From Clostridia bacterium (lineage in GTDB: Bacteria; Bacillota; Clostridia; Oscillospirales; CAG-272), in NCBI GenBank assembly GCA_017452895.1, contig JAFTLE010000001.1:17428-81427 (forward strand): a DNA stretch of 64,000 bases, written 5' to 3'. A model generated the notes under the pieces. It was not told the DNA's origin. It did not search any database and saw only the letters and a program-made list of their open reading frames with translations. A program made the position numbers and the translations under genes. Shown piece after piece: positions 55,327 through 64,000 of the stretch (position 1 is its first letter; each line of letters starts with the position of its first letter).

Positions 55327-57261
55327 TTACAGATTCATATCGAGTGCCGCGCTCGTTTCGCCGCCCGTTTGCCAAGCGGCGTCATCCACCTGCTTTTTAC
55401 CGAAATGGCGCAGTGCCGAGGCAAGGCCAAGTAAAAGGAAGAAGAGCAGGAAAATGCGGCTGTTGTAAAAGACGTGATCGAAGAGTCCGTGGATCAAAAC
55501 GGCAAGCACCGCGCAAATGACGGCGGCACTCACTCCCTTTTCGGGATAATACGGTGTCCTGTACATATGAGTATACGAGCTTTGCAAAAAAATAAGCACA
55601 AGCCCCAAAAATACCAGAATACCAAAAATTCCAAGCTCGCAGAAGATCTGCAGATACAGGCTGTGGGAATGTACGGCACTCTCTGTGCCTGCCTCGGCAT
55701 ACAGCACGAAGAAACGGGAGAATGCCTCCTCCCCAACCCCGACACCGCCGAAGCCGTAGCGACGGAGCATCGAAAGCACGCCGCGCCAGATCGAGAAGCG
55801 GTGCGTCACCGAGGTGTCTGCGCGCAGACCGATCGAATAGAAGCGCGAGAGCACCGATTCGGGAAGCGCCAGCCCCAGAGTGGGGAGCGTGACGGTCGCC
55901 ACAAAGAGAGCAAATCGGTTGCGCCGCGTGCAGAAAGGGATTGAGAAGAGGAAGATCGCCGCCAGCGCGATCCACGCCCCGCGGGAGAAGGTCAAAACGA
56001 GTGCCGCGAGGAGAAGCGCCGTATGAACGAGGCGGCGAAGACCCGTGAAAAATCCGTGCGAGGAGAACAGGCGCAGAACCGAAAACGGAATGGCAAGCAA
56101 CAAATACGCCGCGAGGACGTTCGGGTTGCCGAACACCGACGTAATGCGGACCGTGATGCGCGAAAAGGCGTCTTTATCAAGCCACGCGGGATCAAAGGTC
56201 GTGTTGAGAACGTCAAAGACACCGATGGCGGCGACGAAGAATGCCGATACCATAAAGGCGGTAATGAAGCGGTTGAGCGTCAGACGGTTGGTCAGAAGAT
56301 TCTCCGCAACGAAATAAACCAGCACGCAAAGCGCGCCGATCACACCGTGGAAGAAGGAGGGCCAGCCCCCACCCGTGAGGATCCCGCCGAACAGATAGAC
56401 GGCGGAAAAGATCAGAACGAGAAAGTCAAGCGGACGGAACTCGAACACGCGCTTTCCGACCAGAAGCTTCTGAATATATCCGATCAGACAGAGCACCGAC
56501 AGAGCCGCGGCGCAGGCGCCCGCATACGGCAAAAGTCCTAAAAAAGGAAGCACGATAACGAGGAACATCAAGCCGAACTCGGGAGAATAAATGACAAGCC
56601 CGCACAAAAGCAGAATACCAAGGACAGCAAGCACAAGGTAGGGCGATTTCCACGCCCCCAAAAATCCCGCGCCGATACCGAAAAGCAAAAGCAGCCATGC
56701 GGGGATCGTGGCGTGGCGACGCTCCCTCACCGAGCGGCGTAAGCCGAAGAAATCGTGTAGGAGAAAGGACAAAAATCGGTTCTCGCGGCAGACCTCGTAA
56801 AGTGGGTCGCCGAACACGCAAAGCGGGACCGCGATCAGACAAAGCACGAAGCCCGCGATCATATGGTAAATACTGACCGACAGCGTGTAGAGCTTGAAAA
56901 ATTCGCCGAGGAAGGCGAGAATGATCACACCGCCAAAGCCAAGAAAAAAGGTTGCGTAAGCGCGCGGTGCCGTATGCACGAAGGCTGAGGCGAGGAAGCG
57001 GAAGATCCGCATCGGCACGCTCTTATAAAAGCGGCGGTGCATCCGCGTGTCGTGCCATACGTCGTGGATCGGATCGCCCCCGCGTGAAATCTCCTCCTCC
57101 AGCTCGTCTCGCTTTGCGAAAAAGCCGTGAAGCGGCGCGCGCGAAAGCCCGCGTGAGAGCGCCTCAAAAAAGCGCACGAGTGCTGATAGGATCAGACTGT
57201 TCGCAAGCTTTTTTTCAAAGCTCTTCGCTCTGTCGGTATGCTGTTCTCTATGCTTTTTCAT
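55327..57261 (-). CDS. O-antigen ligase (Wzy_C) family membrane protein, large
   Basis: Start set at MKKHREQ.. (AAAGGAG RBS). It is polytopic, with ..LTFSRGAWIALA.. (Wzy_C motif). Confidence 0.65.
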   Translation of the reverse strand: MKKHREQHTDRAKSFEKKLANSLILSALVRFFEALSRGLSRAPLHGFFAKRDELEEEISRGGDPIHDVWHDTRMHRRFYKSVPMRIFRFLASAFVHTAPRAYATFFLGFGGVIILAFLGEFFKLYTLSVSIYHMIAGFVLCLIAVPLCVFGDPLYEVCRENRFLSFLLHDFFGLRRSVRERRHATIPAWLLLLFGIGAGFLGAWKSPYLVLAVLGILLLCGLVIYSPEFGLMFLVIVLPFLGLLPYAGACAAALSVLCLIGYIQKLLVGKRVFEFRPLDFLVLIFSAVYLFGGILTGGGWPSFFHGVIGALCVLVYFVAENLLTNRLTLNRFITAFMVSAFFVAAIGVFDVLNTTFDPAWLDKDAFSRITVRITSVFGNPNVLAAYLLLAIPFSVLRLFSSHGFFTGLRRLVHTALLLAALVLTFSRGAWIALAAIFLFSIPFCTRRNRFALFVATVTLPTLGLALPESVLSRFYSIGLRADTSVTHRFSIWRGVLSMLRRYGFGGVGVGEEAFSRFFVLYAEAGTESAVHSHSLYLQIFCELGIFGILVFLGLVLIFLQSSYTHMYRTPYYPEKGVSAAVICAVLAVLIHGLFDHVFYNSRIFLLFFLLLGLASALRHFGKKQVDDAAWQTGGETSAALDMNL

Positions 57262-57281
57262 ACGCGCTCCTTTCATTCCGT

Positions 57282-58016
57282 TTATTTTCGTTTTTTGCGC
57301 GGCTCCTTCGGCGGATACGCCAGCATATACGCCTCGTACAGCTCGGGGCGGCGTTCCCGCGTCAGCTCAAGCGAGCGCTCAAGCCGCCATTTATCAATTT
57401 CAGCGTGGTTACCCGATAAAAGCACCGTCGGCACGGGCACGCCCTCAAATTCAACAGGGCGCGTGTATTGCGGATATTCGAGAAGCCCCGAGGCGATGCT
57501 CTCTCCCTCGTAGCATTCGGGGGAAGACAGAACGCCGTCAAGCATCCGCGCAACCGAGTCGATGAGAATGCAGGCGGGCAATTCGCCGCCCGTCAGAACA
57601 TAGTCGCCGATTGAGATCTCCTCGTCAACAATTCGGTCAACGGCGCGCTGATCCACACCCTCGTAGTGACCGCAAAGGATCACGAGTCGGTCGTACTCTA
57701 AAAGCTCACGCGCAACCTTCTGCGTCAGCATACGCCCCTTCGGGGACATATAGATTACGCGCGTGCGCTCTCCCTCGGCAAAGCTCTGCGCGATCGCGTC
57801 GTAGCAGGCACAGATCGGCGGTGCCGCCATCACCATCCCCATACCGCCGCCGTAGGGGGTATCGTCTACGTTTTTATGTTTCTTTTCCGAATAGTCCCTG
57901 ATATTGTGGCAGGTAACGGTCAGGATGCCGTTTTTCTGCGCGCGCCCGAGAATGCTCTCACCAAGCACGCCCGCCACCAAATCGGGGAACAGCGTCATTA
58001 CGTCAAACTTCATCAA
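57282..58016 (-). CDS. trmD: tRNA (guanine37-N1)-methyltransferase
   Basis: 244 aa, with ..F.V.TLFP..., ..H.IRD....KH..VDD.PYGGG.GMV.. and ..CG.YEG.D.R... Confidence 0.95.
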   Translation of the reverse strand: MMKFDVMTLFPDLVAGVLGESILGRAQKNGILTVTCHNIRDYSEKKHKNVDDTPYGGGMGMVMAAPPICACYDAIAQSFAEGERTRVIYMSPKGRMLTQKVARELLEYDRLVILCGHYEGVDQRAVDRIVDEEISIGDYVLTGGELPACILIDSVARMLDGVLSSPECYEGESIASGLLEYPQYTRPVEFEGVPVPTVLLSGNHAEIDKWRLERSLELTRERRPELYEAYMLAYPPKEPRKKRK

Positions 58017-58518
58017 AAAAGCCCGGGATCGGGCGAATGCGGATGCACTCTCCGATCTTGATCTCCTTTACGAATTCGGGCACCGCGGGCAAAAGCACGT
58101 CACGCCCGAGGTCGGTGCGGACGGTATAGAGCATCGATGCGGGTGCGTCGTCGACCCATACGAGCTCACCGTAGCGCACGTCGCTGTCTGCGTCGATTAC
58201 GGGAAGCCCCAGAAGATCGGCGATGAAAAAATCCCCGTCGGCAAGCGGAATGTCGTCGCGGTGTGCGTAAAGCACGCATCCGCGCAGGGCAAGCACGCCC
58301 TCAGGCGTGTCGATCCCCTCAAGCGTCAGAAGCGTCTGCGGCGGCTTGACCGCCCCCTTGACGACTGCCACGCGGCGATACGTGCCGTTAGCAGTACGGA
58401 AATAAACGGCGGGCAAGCCCGCCAATACCGCGGGGCTGTCGCAATAGGATTCCACGCGTGCGGTGCCGCGCACGCCGTGTGCGCCGACGATCTTTCCGCA
58501 TTCAAGATATTCTGTCAT
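58003..58518 (-). CDS. rimM: Ribosome maturation factor RimM
   Basis: 171 aa, with ..GKIVGAHGVRG..RV.. and a PRC barrel C-terminus. It is upstream of and overlaps trmD. Confidence 0.88.
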   Translation of the reverse strand: MTEYLECGKIVGAHGVRGTARVESYCDSPAVLAGLPAVYFRTANGTYRRVAVVKGAVKPPQTLLTLEGIDTPEGVLALRGCVLYAHRDDIPLADGDFFIADLLGLPVIDADSDVRYGELVWVDDAPASMLYTVRTDLGRDVLLPAVPEFVKEIKIGECIRIRPIPGFFDEV

Positions 58519-58591
58519 GTTACAAGCCCCCGATTTCGGTGATCCGATTTCAAATCATACAAATTAATTGTAACATATTCTTCCGTATTTT

Positions 58592-59707
58592 TCAACCTTT
58601 TTCTGCTAAAAGCATTGAATTGTAAAGTTCGGTATACATTTTTGCCATATTTTCGGCAGAAAAACGCGTACTAGCCATCTTTTTTGCGTTCAGGGCGAGC
58701 CGCGCCTTCGTTTTTTTATCCCCGATCAGGCGCAAAACAAGTGCCGACAGAGCCTCCGCATCCTCACGCGGATACAAAAATCCGTTTTCCCCATCCCTCA
58801 CCATCTCGGGATTGCCGCCGAAATTGCTGGCAAGCGTCGGGATACCGAGGGACATAGCCTCGCTGATTGCAAGGCAGGAGGTCTCGGTTCCGCGCGAGCA
58901 GTTAATATTGAGATCAAAGAGATTGAGATAGGGCGCAACATCACGCACGAAGCCGACGAAAACCGCACGGTCGGCAACACCCAGTGCGGATGCCAGCGCT
59001 CGGTAATCCGCCTCGCGCGTGCCGCACCCGACGAAAAGTCCGACGGCGTATACCCCCGCTGTCTTCAGCCGTGCCAGCGCCGACAGTAAAATATCCTGCC
59101 CCTTCACACGCTCCAGCCGCGCGTTCATCCCAAGCACGACGGCAGAGTCGGGAATGCCGAGCCGCCGCCGCAGTGCGCACCGCTCGGAGGGCGTGCTTTC
59201 TTGCTTCGGCTCACACCCGTTGCGGATGAGCACGATGCGTGAGCGGTCGTGTCCGCGGCGCAAAAGATCGTCGGCTGCGTAGGCGGCGGTAGCGACCGTC
59301 TTATCGGTAAAGCGCGAATAGATCGCGCCGTAAGCGTGCGGCAGATGGGCAAGTCTGCCGGCAGGCTCGGCGCAGTGCCGCGTGGCAAGGATATGCGGCA
59401 CGCGACAAAGTCTGCCCGCCACGCGTGCCGAGAAGAAGCCGTGCGTATGCAAAATATCGGGTCGGTGTAAGGATAGGATCGGCAAAAGCGCACGCACATC
59501 GCGCAGGGAAAAGGAGGTGTCGGGTTGCGTGGCGACCTCACACACGGGGATCCCCTCCGCAAGGAAATAAGGTGTCAGAAGACTACGGCGCGGCAAAAGC
59601 ACGCGCAGGTCAAAGCGATCCTTATCAAGATGCGACAGAAGGTTTAGCACCTGTATTCCCGCCCCCCCGACGTTCGTGTCACTGATCGCGTGTATCATCC
59701 TGATCAT
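58592..59707 (-). CDS. Glycosyltransferase family 4 (GT-B, Glycos_transf_1)
   Basis: Trimmed to MIRMIHAISDTNVGGAG... It has the C-terminal motif ..SRGTETSCLAISEAMSLGIPTLASNFGGNPEMV.DG.NG.L... Confidence 0.8.
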   Translation of the reverse strand: MIRMIHAISDTNVGGAGIQVLNLLSHLDKDRFDLRVLLPRRSLLTPYFLAEGIPVCEVATQPDTSFSLRDVRALLPILSLHRPDILHTHGFFSARVAGRLCRVPHILATRHCAEPAGRLAHLPHAYGAIYSRFTDKTVATAAYAADDLLRRGHDRSRIVLIRNGCEPKQESTPSERCALRRRLGIPDSAVVLGMNARLERVKGQDILLSALARLKTAGVYAVGLFVGCGTREADYRALASALGVADRAVFVGFVRDVAPYLNLFDLNINCSRGTETSCLAISEAMSLGIPTLASNFGGNPEMVRDGENGFLYPREDAEALSALVLRLIGDKKTKARLALNAKKMASTRFSAENMAKMYTELYNSMLLAEKG

Positions 59708-59748
59708 AGCTACCCCCCAAAAAATAAACGGACAGAATTTCTGTCCGT

Positions 59749-60198
59749 TTATTTTTTTCGTTTTCCGCGAAAATATGCGGATAGCGCGTCCTTGCATTCA
59801 GTCTGTAACACGCCGCCTCTGACCGTCACCTTATGGTTGAAGGGCAAGGACGGCAGATCGGTCATCGAGCCGCAACAGCCCGCCTTCGGATCGTATGCGC
59901 CGAAGATCACCTCGTCAATGCGTGCGTTGATGATCGCGCCCGTGCACATCGGGCAGGGCTCGAGTGTAACGTATAGCTTACAGTTTGGGAGCCGCCAGCC
60001 GCCAAGGGTGCGGCAAGCCTCCTCAATCGCGAGGATCTCGGCGTGATGCGTCGCGCATTTCGACCCCTCACGCGTGTTGTACGCCTCGGCGATGATCCGA
60101 TCGCCCTGCACGATCAACGCCCCCACGGGCACCTCGTCGGCATCCGCCGCAATGTCTGCCAGAGCAAGTGCGCGCTTCATATAGATCTCATCTGACAA
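59749..60198 (-). CDS. tadA: tRNA adenosine(34) deaminase
   Basis: 149 aa, with HAEILAI.. and ..LYVTLEPCPMCTGAI.. (CDA zinc motifs). Confidence 0.92.
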   Translation of the reverse strand: MSDEIYMKRALALADIAADADEVPVGALIVQGDRIIAEAYNTREGSKCATHHAEILAIEEACRTLGGWRLPNCKLYVTLEPCPMCTGAIINARIDEVIFGAYDPKAGCCGSMTDLPSLPFNHKVTVRGGVLQTECKDALSAYFRGKRKK

Positions 60199-61009
60199 GA
60201 AAATTCACCACCAGACTCCATACCGACAAGAAAAGAGAGACCGCGAGAAAGATCGAAAGCGGCGAAAGGAGGATCTCGCGCAAGCGTCGGAAATTAATTT
60301 TTGTAAACCGTAAGTTGTCAATATTCAGGTAAACGAAGAGTGCCGTCAACACGACCGCGAGCAGAACGAGAAGCCCCGTATACAGCATCTGTCCGTACGA
60401 AGGAAGCTCGACGTAAGCGAAAAGCACCGCCAAAAAATTGTTGACGAAGTGGAATAGCAATGAGGGCAGGATCGACTCCCCCTCGACCGTGATCCAGCCG
60501 AGGATCAGCCCACTGAAGAGCGCGTAGGGAATCTGATAAAAATTCATATGGAAGAATCCGAACACGAGCGCACTGACAAGCACCGCAGTGCGCCGCCCGT
60601 AGGGGAGCATCGCGCCAAGCACCATATAGCGGCAGAAGAATTCCTCACACAAGGCGGGGAGCACCGCGAGCAAAATCAAAGCCTCGATCATTGAATCGGG
60701 ATAGCTCGGCGCGGGAAGCGGAAGTTCAAGGAGCGTATAGGGGAGCGATGCGACAATGCCAACGATACGCGTGGCGAGCATAAAAAACGGCAGGAGCAGG
60801 AAAAGCGACCGCTTCTTTGGCAAAAGCCTTGAAATCGCGGGGTAGTCCATATCCTCCCGCCACAAAAAACGGCAAAGAAGGATCGGCGAAAGCAGACCGA
60901 GACAAATGACAAGTTCCTGCATCCACAGCGGCGCAAAAAAGCCCGCAATGATCAGAGATGCCGTAAAAAGCATCGCGTATGACGTTACCATACCAAGCGC
61001 ACGCCGCAT
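60188..61009 (-). CDS. CPBP family intramembrane glutamic endopeptidase (CAAX protease/Abi)
   Basis: 273 aa, polytopic, with the motifs EEFFCRY, FGFFH and HFVNN. Confidence 0.8.
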   Translation of the reverse strand: MRRALGMVTSYAMLFTASLIIAGFFAPLWMQELVICLGLLSPILLCRFLWREDMDYPAISRLLPKKRSLFLLLPFFMLATRIVGIVASLPYTLLELPLPAPSYPDSMIEALILLAVLPALCEEFFCRYMVLGAMLPYGRRTAVLVSALVFGFFHMNFYQIPYALFSGLILGWITVEGESILPSLLFHFVNNFLAVLFAYVELPSYGQMLYTGLLVLLAVVLTALFVYLNIDNLRFTKINFRRLREILLSPLSIFLAVSLFLSVWSLVVNFLVR

Positions 61010-61061
61010 ATGTTTCTCCTTTCATCCTTGACCTTTTTATTCTATCGTCTTTTTTGCGTTT

Positions 61062-61095
61062 TGTCAAGTAAAAAGCGGGGTCATCCCCGCTTTTC
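61062..61095 (-). terminator. Rho-independent terminator after sigG
   Basis: aaagcgggg-tcat-ccccgctttt flanked by A/T runs. Confidence 0.65.
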
Positions 61096-61099
61096 TTTT

Positions 61100-61873
61100 T
61101 CAAAAGGAGCGCCTGATGCGCTCGATTGCGCCCTTTTCGAGGCGGGAAACCTGCGCTTGGCTGATGCCGATCTGTTCGGCGATTTCCATTTGCGTTTTGC
61201 CTCGGTAAAAACGCATACTGATAATCTTGCGCTCGCGCTCGCTGAGCGTTTTCATCGCCTCCTTCAGCGTGATGCTCTCAATCCAATTCTCATCGGTATC
61301 CCCCGTGTCGCGGAGCTGATCAATCACGTAGACCGAATCCTCACCGTCGTTGTAGACAGAATCGTAGAGGGAGACCGGCTCAACGATCGCATCCATTGCG
61401 GCAGCAACGCTCTCGCGCGGCTCGCCGATCGCCTCGGCGATGGCATCTACGCTCGGCTCCCTTCCCGTTTGCCGCGTCAGCGCCTCCCGCGCTTGCAGGG
61501 CGCGGTAGGCAAGATCGCGGAGCGAGCGGCTGACGCGGATGGCGTTGTTGTCGCGCAGATAGCGCCGCACCTCGCCGATGATCATCGGAACGGCGTAGGT
61601 TGAAAATTTGACGCCGAGATCCGTGTTGAAGTGGTCGATCGCCTTGATGAGCCCGATACAGCCCACCTGAAACAGATCGTCAAGATTCTCGCGTCGGTGA
61701 CTGAAGCGTTGTATAATACTGAGCACCAGCCGCAGATTGCCGAGGATCAGCTCCTCACGCGCGTTGGTGTCTCCGTTTTTCGTGCGCAGTAACAGTGTTT
61801 GCTTTTCTTCGTCGGTCAGGGTTTTGAGCTTTGCGGTATTTACACCGCAGATTTCGACTTTGTTTGGATACAT
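61100..61873 (-). CDS. sigG: RNA polymerase sporulation sigma factor SigG
   Basis: 257 aa, with ..NKVEICGVNTAKL.., ..GNLRLVLS.IQRF.., ..DLFQVGCIGL.K.ID.F.. and ..FSTYAVPMIIGE.RRYLRDNN.IRVSRSLRD.AY.AL... It is near-colinear with recalled B. subtilis SigG. Confidence 0.88.
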   Translation of the reverse strand: MYPNKVEICGVNTAKLKTLTDEEKQTLLLRTKNGDTNAREELILGNLRLVLSIIQRFSHRRENLDDLFQVGCIGLIKAIDHFNTDLGVKFSTYAVPMIIGEVRRYLRDNNAIRVSRSLRDLAYRALQAREALTRQTGREPSVDAIAEAIGEPRESVAAAMDAIVEPVSLYDSVYNDGEDSVYVIDQLRDTGDTDENWIESITLKEAMKTLSERERKIISMRFYRGKTQMEIAEQIGISQAQVSRLEKGAIERIRRSF

Positions 61874-61903
61874 TCCCGACTCCCTTATTTGGTTTTGCCA
61901 AAA

Positions 61904-61934
61904 AAGTATTGCCGCGGCAACGGTCGGGTTATAC
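61904..61934 (-). promoter_or_regulatory. Candidate forespore (sigma-F/sigma-G type) promoter of sigG
   Basis: Minus strand GTATA-N16-GGCAATACTT fits the recalled sigma-F pattern GywTA...GGnrAnAhTw. Confidence 0.35.
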
Positions 61935-61948
61935 AGGTAATTTTTGAC

Positions 61949-61977
61949 TTGACAAGCCCTCGATTTTATTGTATAAT
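61949..61977 (+). promoter_or_regulatory. Consensus sigma-A promoter for the cytidylate-kinase-like gene
   Basis: TTGACA-N17-TATAAT (perfect hexamers). Confidence 0.55.
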
Positions 61978-62016
61978 ATACTGATGTGATAATAAGAACA
62001 CCCAGGGGGTTTTACT

Positions 62017-62835
62017 GTGAGCTACAAAATATCGCTTGCGGGCGATCTCGGTAGCGGAAAAAGTACGGTTTCCGCAATCGTGACCGAACGCACTGAGCTT
62101 GAATACTATTCGACGGGCGCGATCCTGCGCTCGGTTGCCGCCGCACACAATATGACGGTTGCCGAGGTCAACGAGTATGCCGAAACGCATCCTGAGATCG
62201 ATCGTGAGATCGACGACGGGCTGATCGCGCTCTCGGACGATCCGCGTTCCCTGATCATTGACTCGCGCATGGCGTGGCACTTCGTCAAGGGGAATTTCCC
62301 CGTCTACCTGACGACGGAGCCCGAGGTTGCCGCCGCACGCATCTTCGCCGCGCACCGCAGTGAGGAGTCCTTCCCCACCGTGGAGGAGACCGCCGAAAAC
62401 ATTCGCCGCCGCAGGAAAAGCGAGCAGAAGCGCTACTTTGAAAAATACGGCGTCGATCGCTCGGATCTTTCAAATTACCGTCTCGTGATCGATACGACCT
62501 TTGCAACGCCCGAGGAGGTTGCTGAGAAAATGCTCTCCTCCTTCGCCGCTTGGAAGCGCGATCCCGATTTTTCCGCCACCTACATTTGCCCGCTCCGTCT
62601 GCACTACCGCACAACGAGTGACGCGGACAAGGTTTCCGCCCTCGCGCGGGCGCTTGATGACGGGGAGGATATCGGCGAATGCGAGGTCTTCTTCGAGAAC
62701 GAGGGCTTCTACGTGACCTCGGGCACCGAGATCGCACTCGCCTACGCCCTCTCCGACTATCCCTTCGTCCCCTGCACGCTCGTCAAGGGCAGTCGCGGCA
62801 AGGACGAATACGTGCGTATGACCGACTCACTGTAA
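62017..62835 (+). CDS. Cytidylate kinase-like (AAA/P-loop NMP kinase) family protein with an extra C-terminal domain
   Basis: GTG start with an AGGGGG RBS. It has the P-loop LAGDLGSGKSTV. About 180 aa are kinase-like, followed by a ~90-aa unassigned C-terminal region. Confidence 0.6.
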   Translation: MSYKISLAGDLGSGKSTVSAIVTERTELEYYSTGAILRSVAAAHNMTVAEVNEYAETHPEIDREIDDGLIALSDDPRSLIIDSRMAWHFVKGNFPVYLTTEPEVAAARIFAAHRSEESFPTVEETAENIRRRRKSEQKRYFEKYGVDRSDLSNYRLVIDTTFATPEEVAEKMLSSFAAWKRDPDFSATYICPLRLHYRTTSDADKVSALARALDDGEDIGECEVFFENEGFYVTSGTEIALAYALSDYPFVPCTLVKGSRGKDEYVRMTDSL

Positions 62836-62850
62836 AAATGGAGATTTGAT

Positions 62851-64000
<1,150 letters not shown>

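Overview
High-GC chromosomal window from a spore-forming Firmicute (Clostridia-like, probably gut-associated). It is densely packed and mostly transcribed on the minus strand. Recognisable genes: metF; cotJA-cotJB-cotJC; a SleB-family cortex hydrolase; trkH-trkA; a fused MacB-like ABC transporter; asd; a contiguous spmA-spmB-spoIIIAA..AH block; abrB; pnp-rpsO; nth; maf; a U32 peptidase; proB; an EF-G2-like paralog; hrcA-grpE-dnaK-dnaJ with a CIRCE operator; rny-ymdB-spoVS; pheST; coaD-rsmD-uvrC; ptsH; trmD-rimM; tadA; sigG; and a partial argS. The standout is that cotJC (the Mn-catalase-fold spore coat gene) is split into a 5' segment (10591..10995) and a 3' segment (2675..2881) by a ~7.7 kb insertion (about 2882..10590). 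The insertion carries a DUF4368-type large serine recombinase at its distal end. A 53-codon ORF and a sigma-E-like promoter sit upstream of the recombinase. The insertion's cargo is an FAD/Rieske oxidoreductase, a complete Mn catalase paralog, a bile salt hydrolase and a KtrAB potassium uptake system. Joining the two cotJC segments in silico at a shared GA dinucleotide restores a colinear 203-aa CotJC. The reconstructed circle junction shows imperfect dyad symmetry around that GA, as expected for a serine-integrase attP. This architecture resembles skin/SPbeta-type sporulation intervening elements, but in cotJC and with metabolic cargo. All calls rest on reading the sequence and on recalled family motifs. 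No database search was run.
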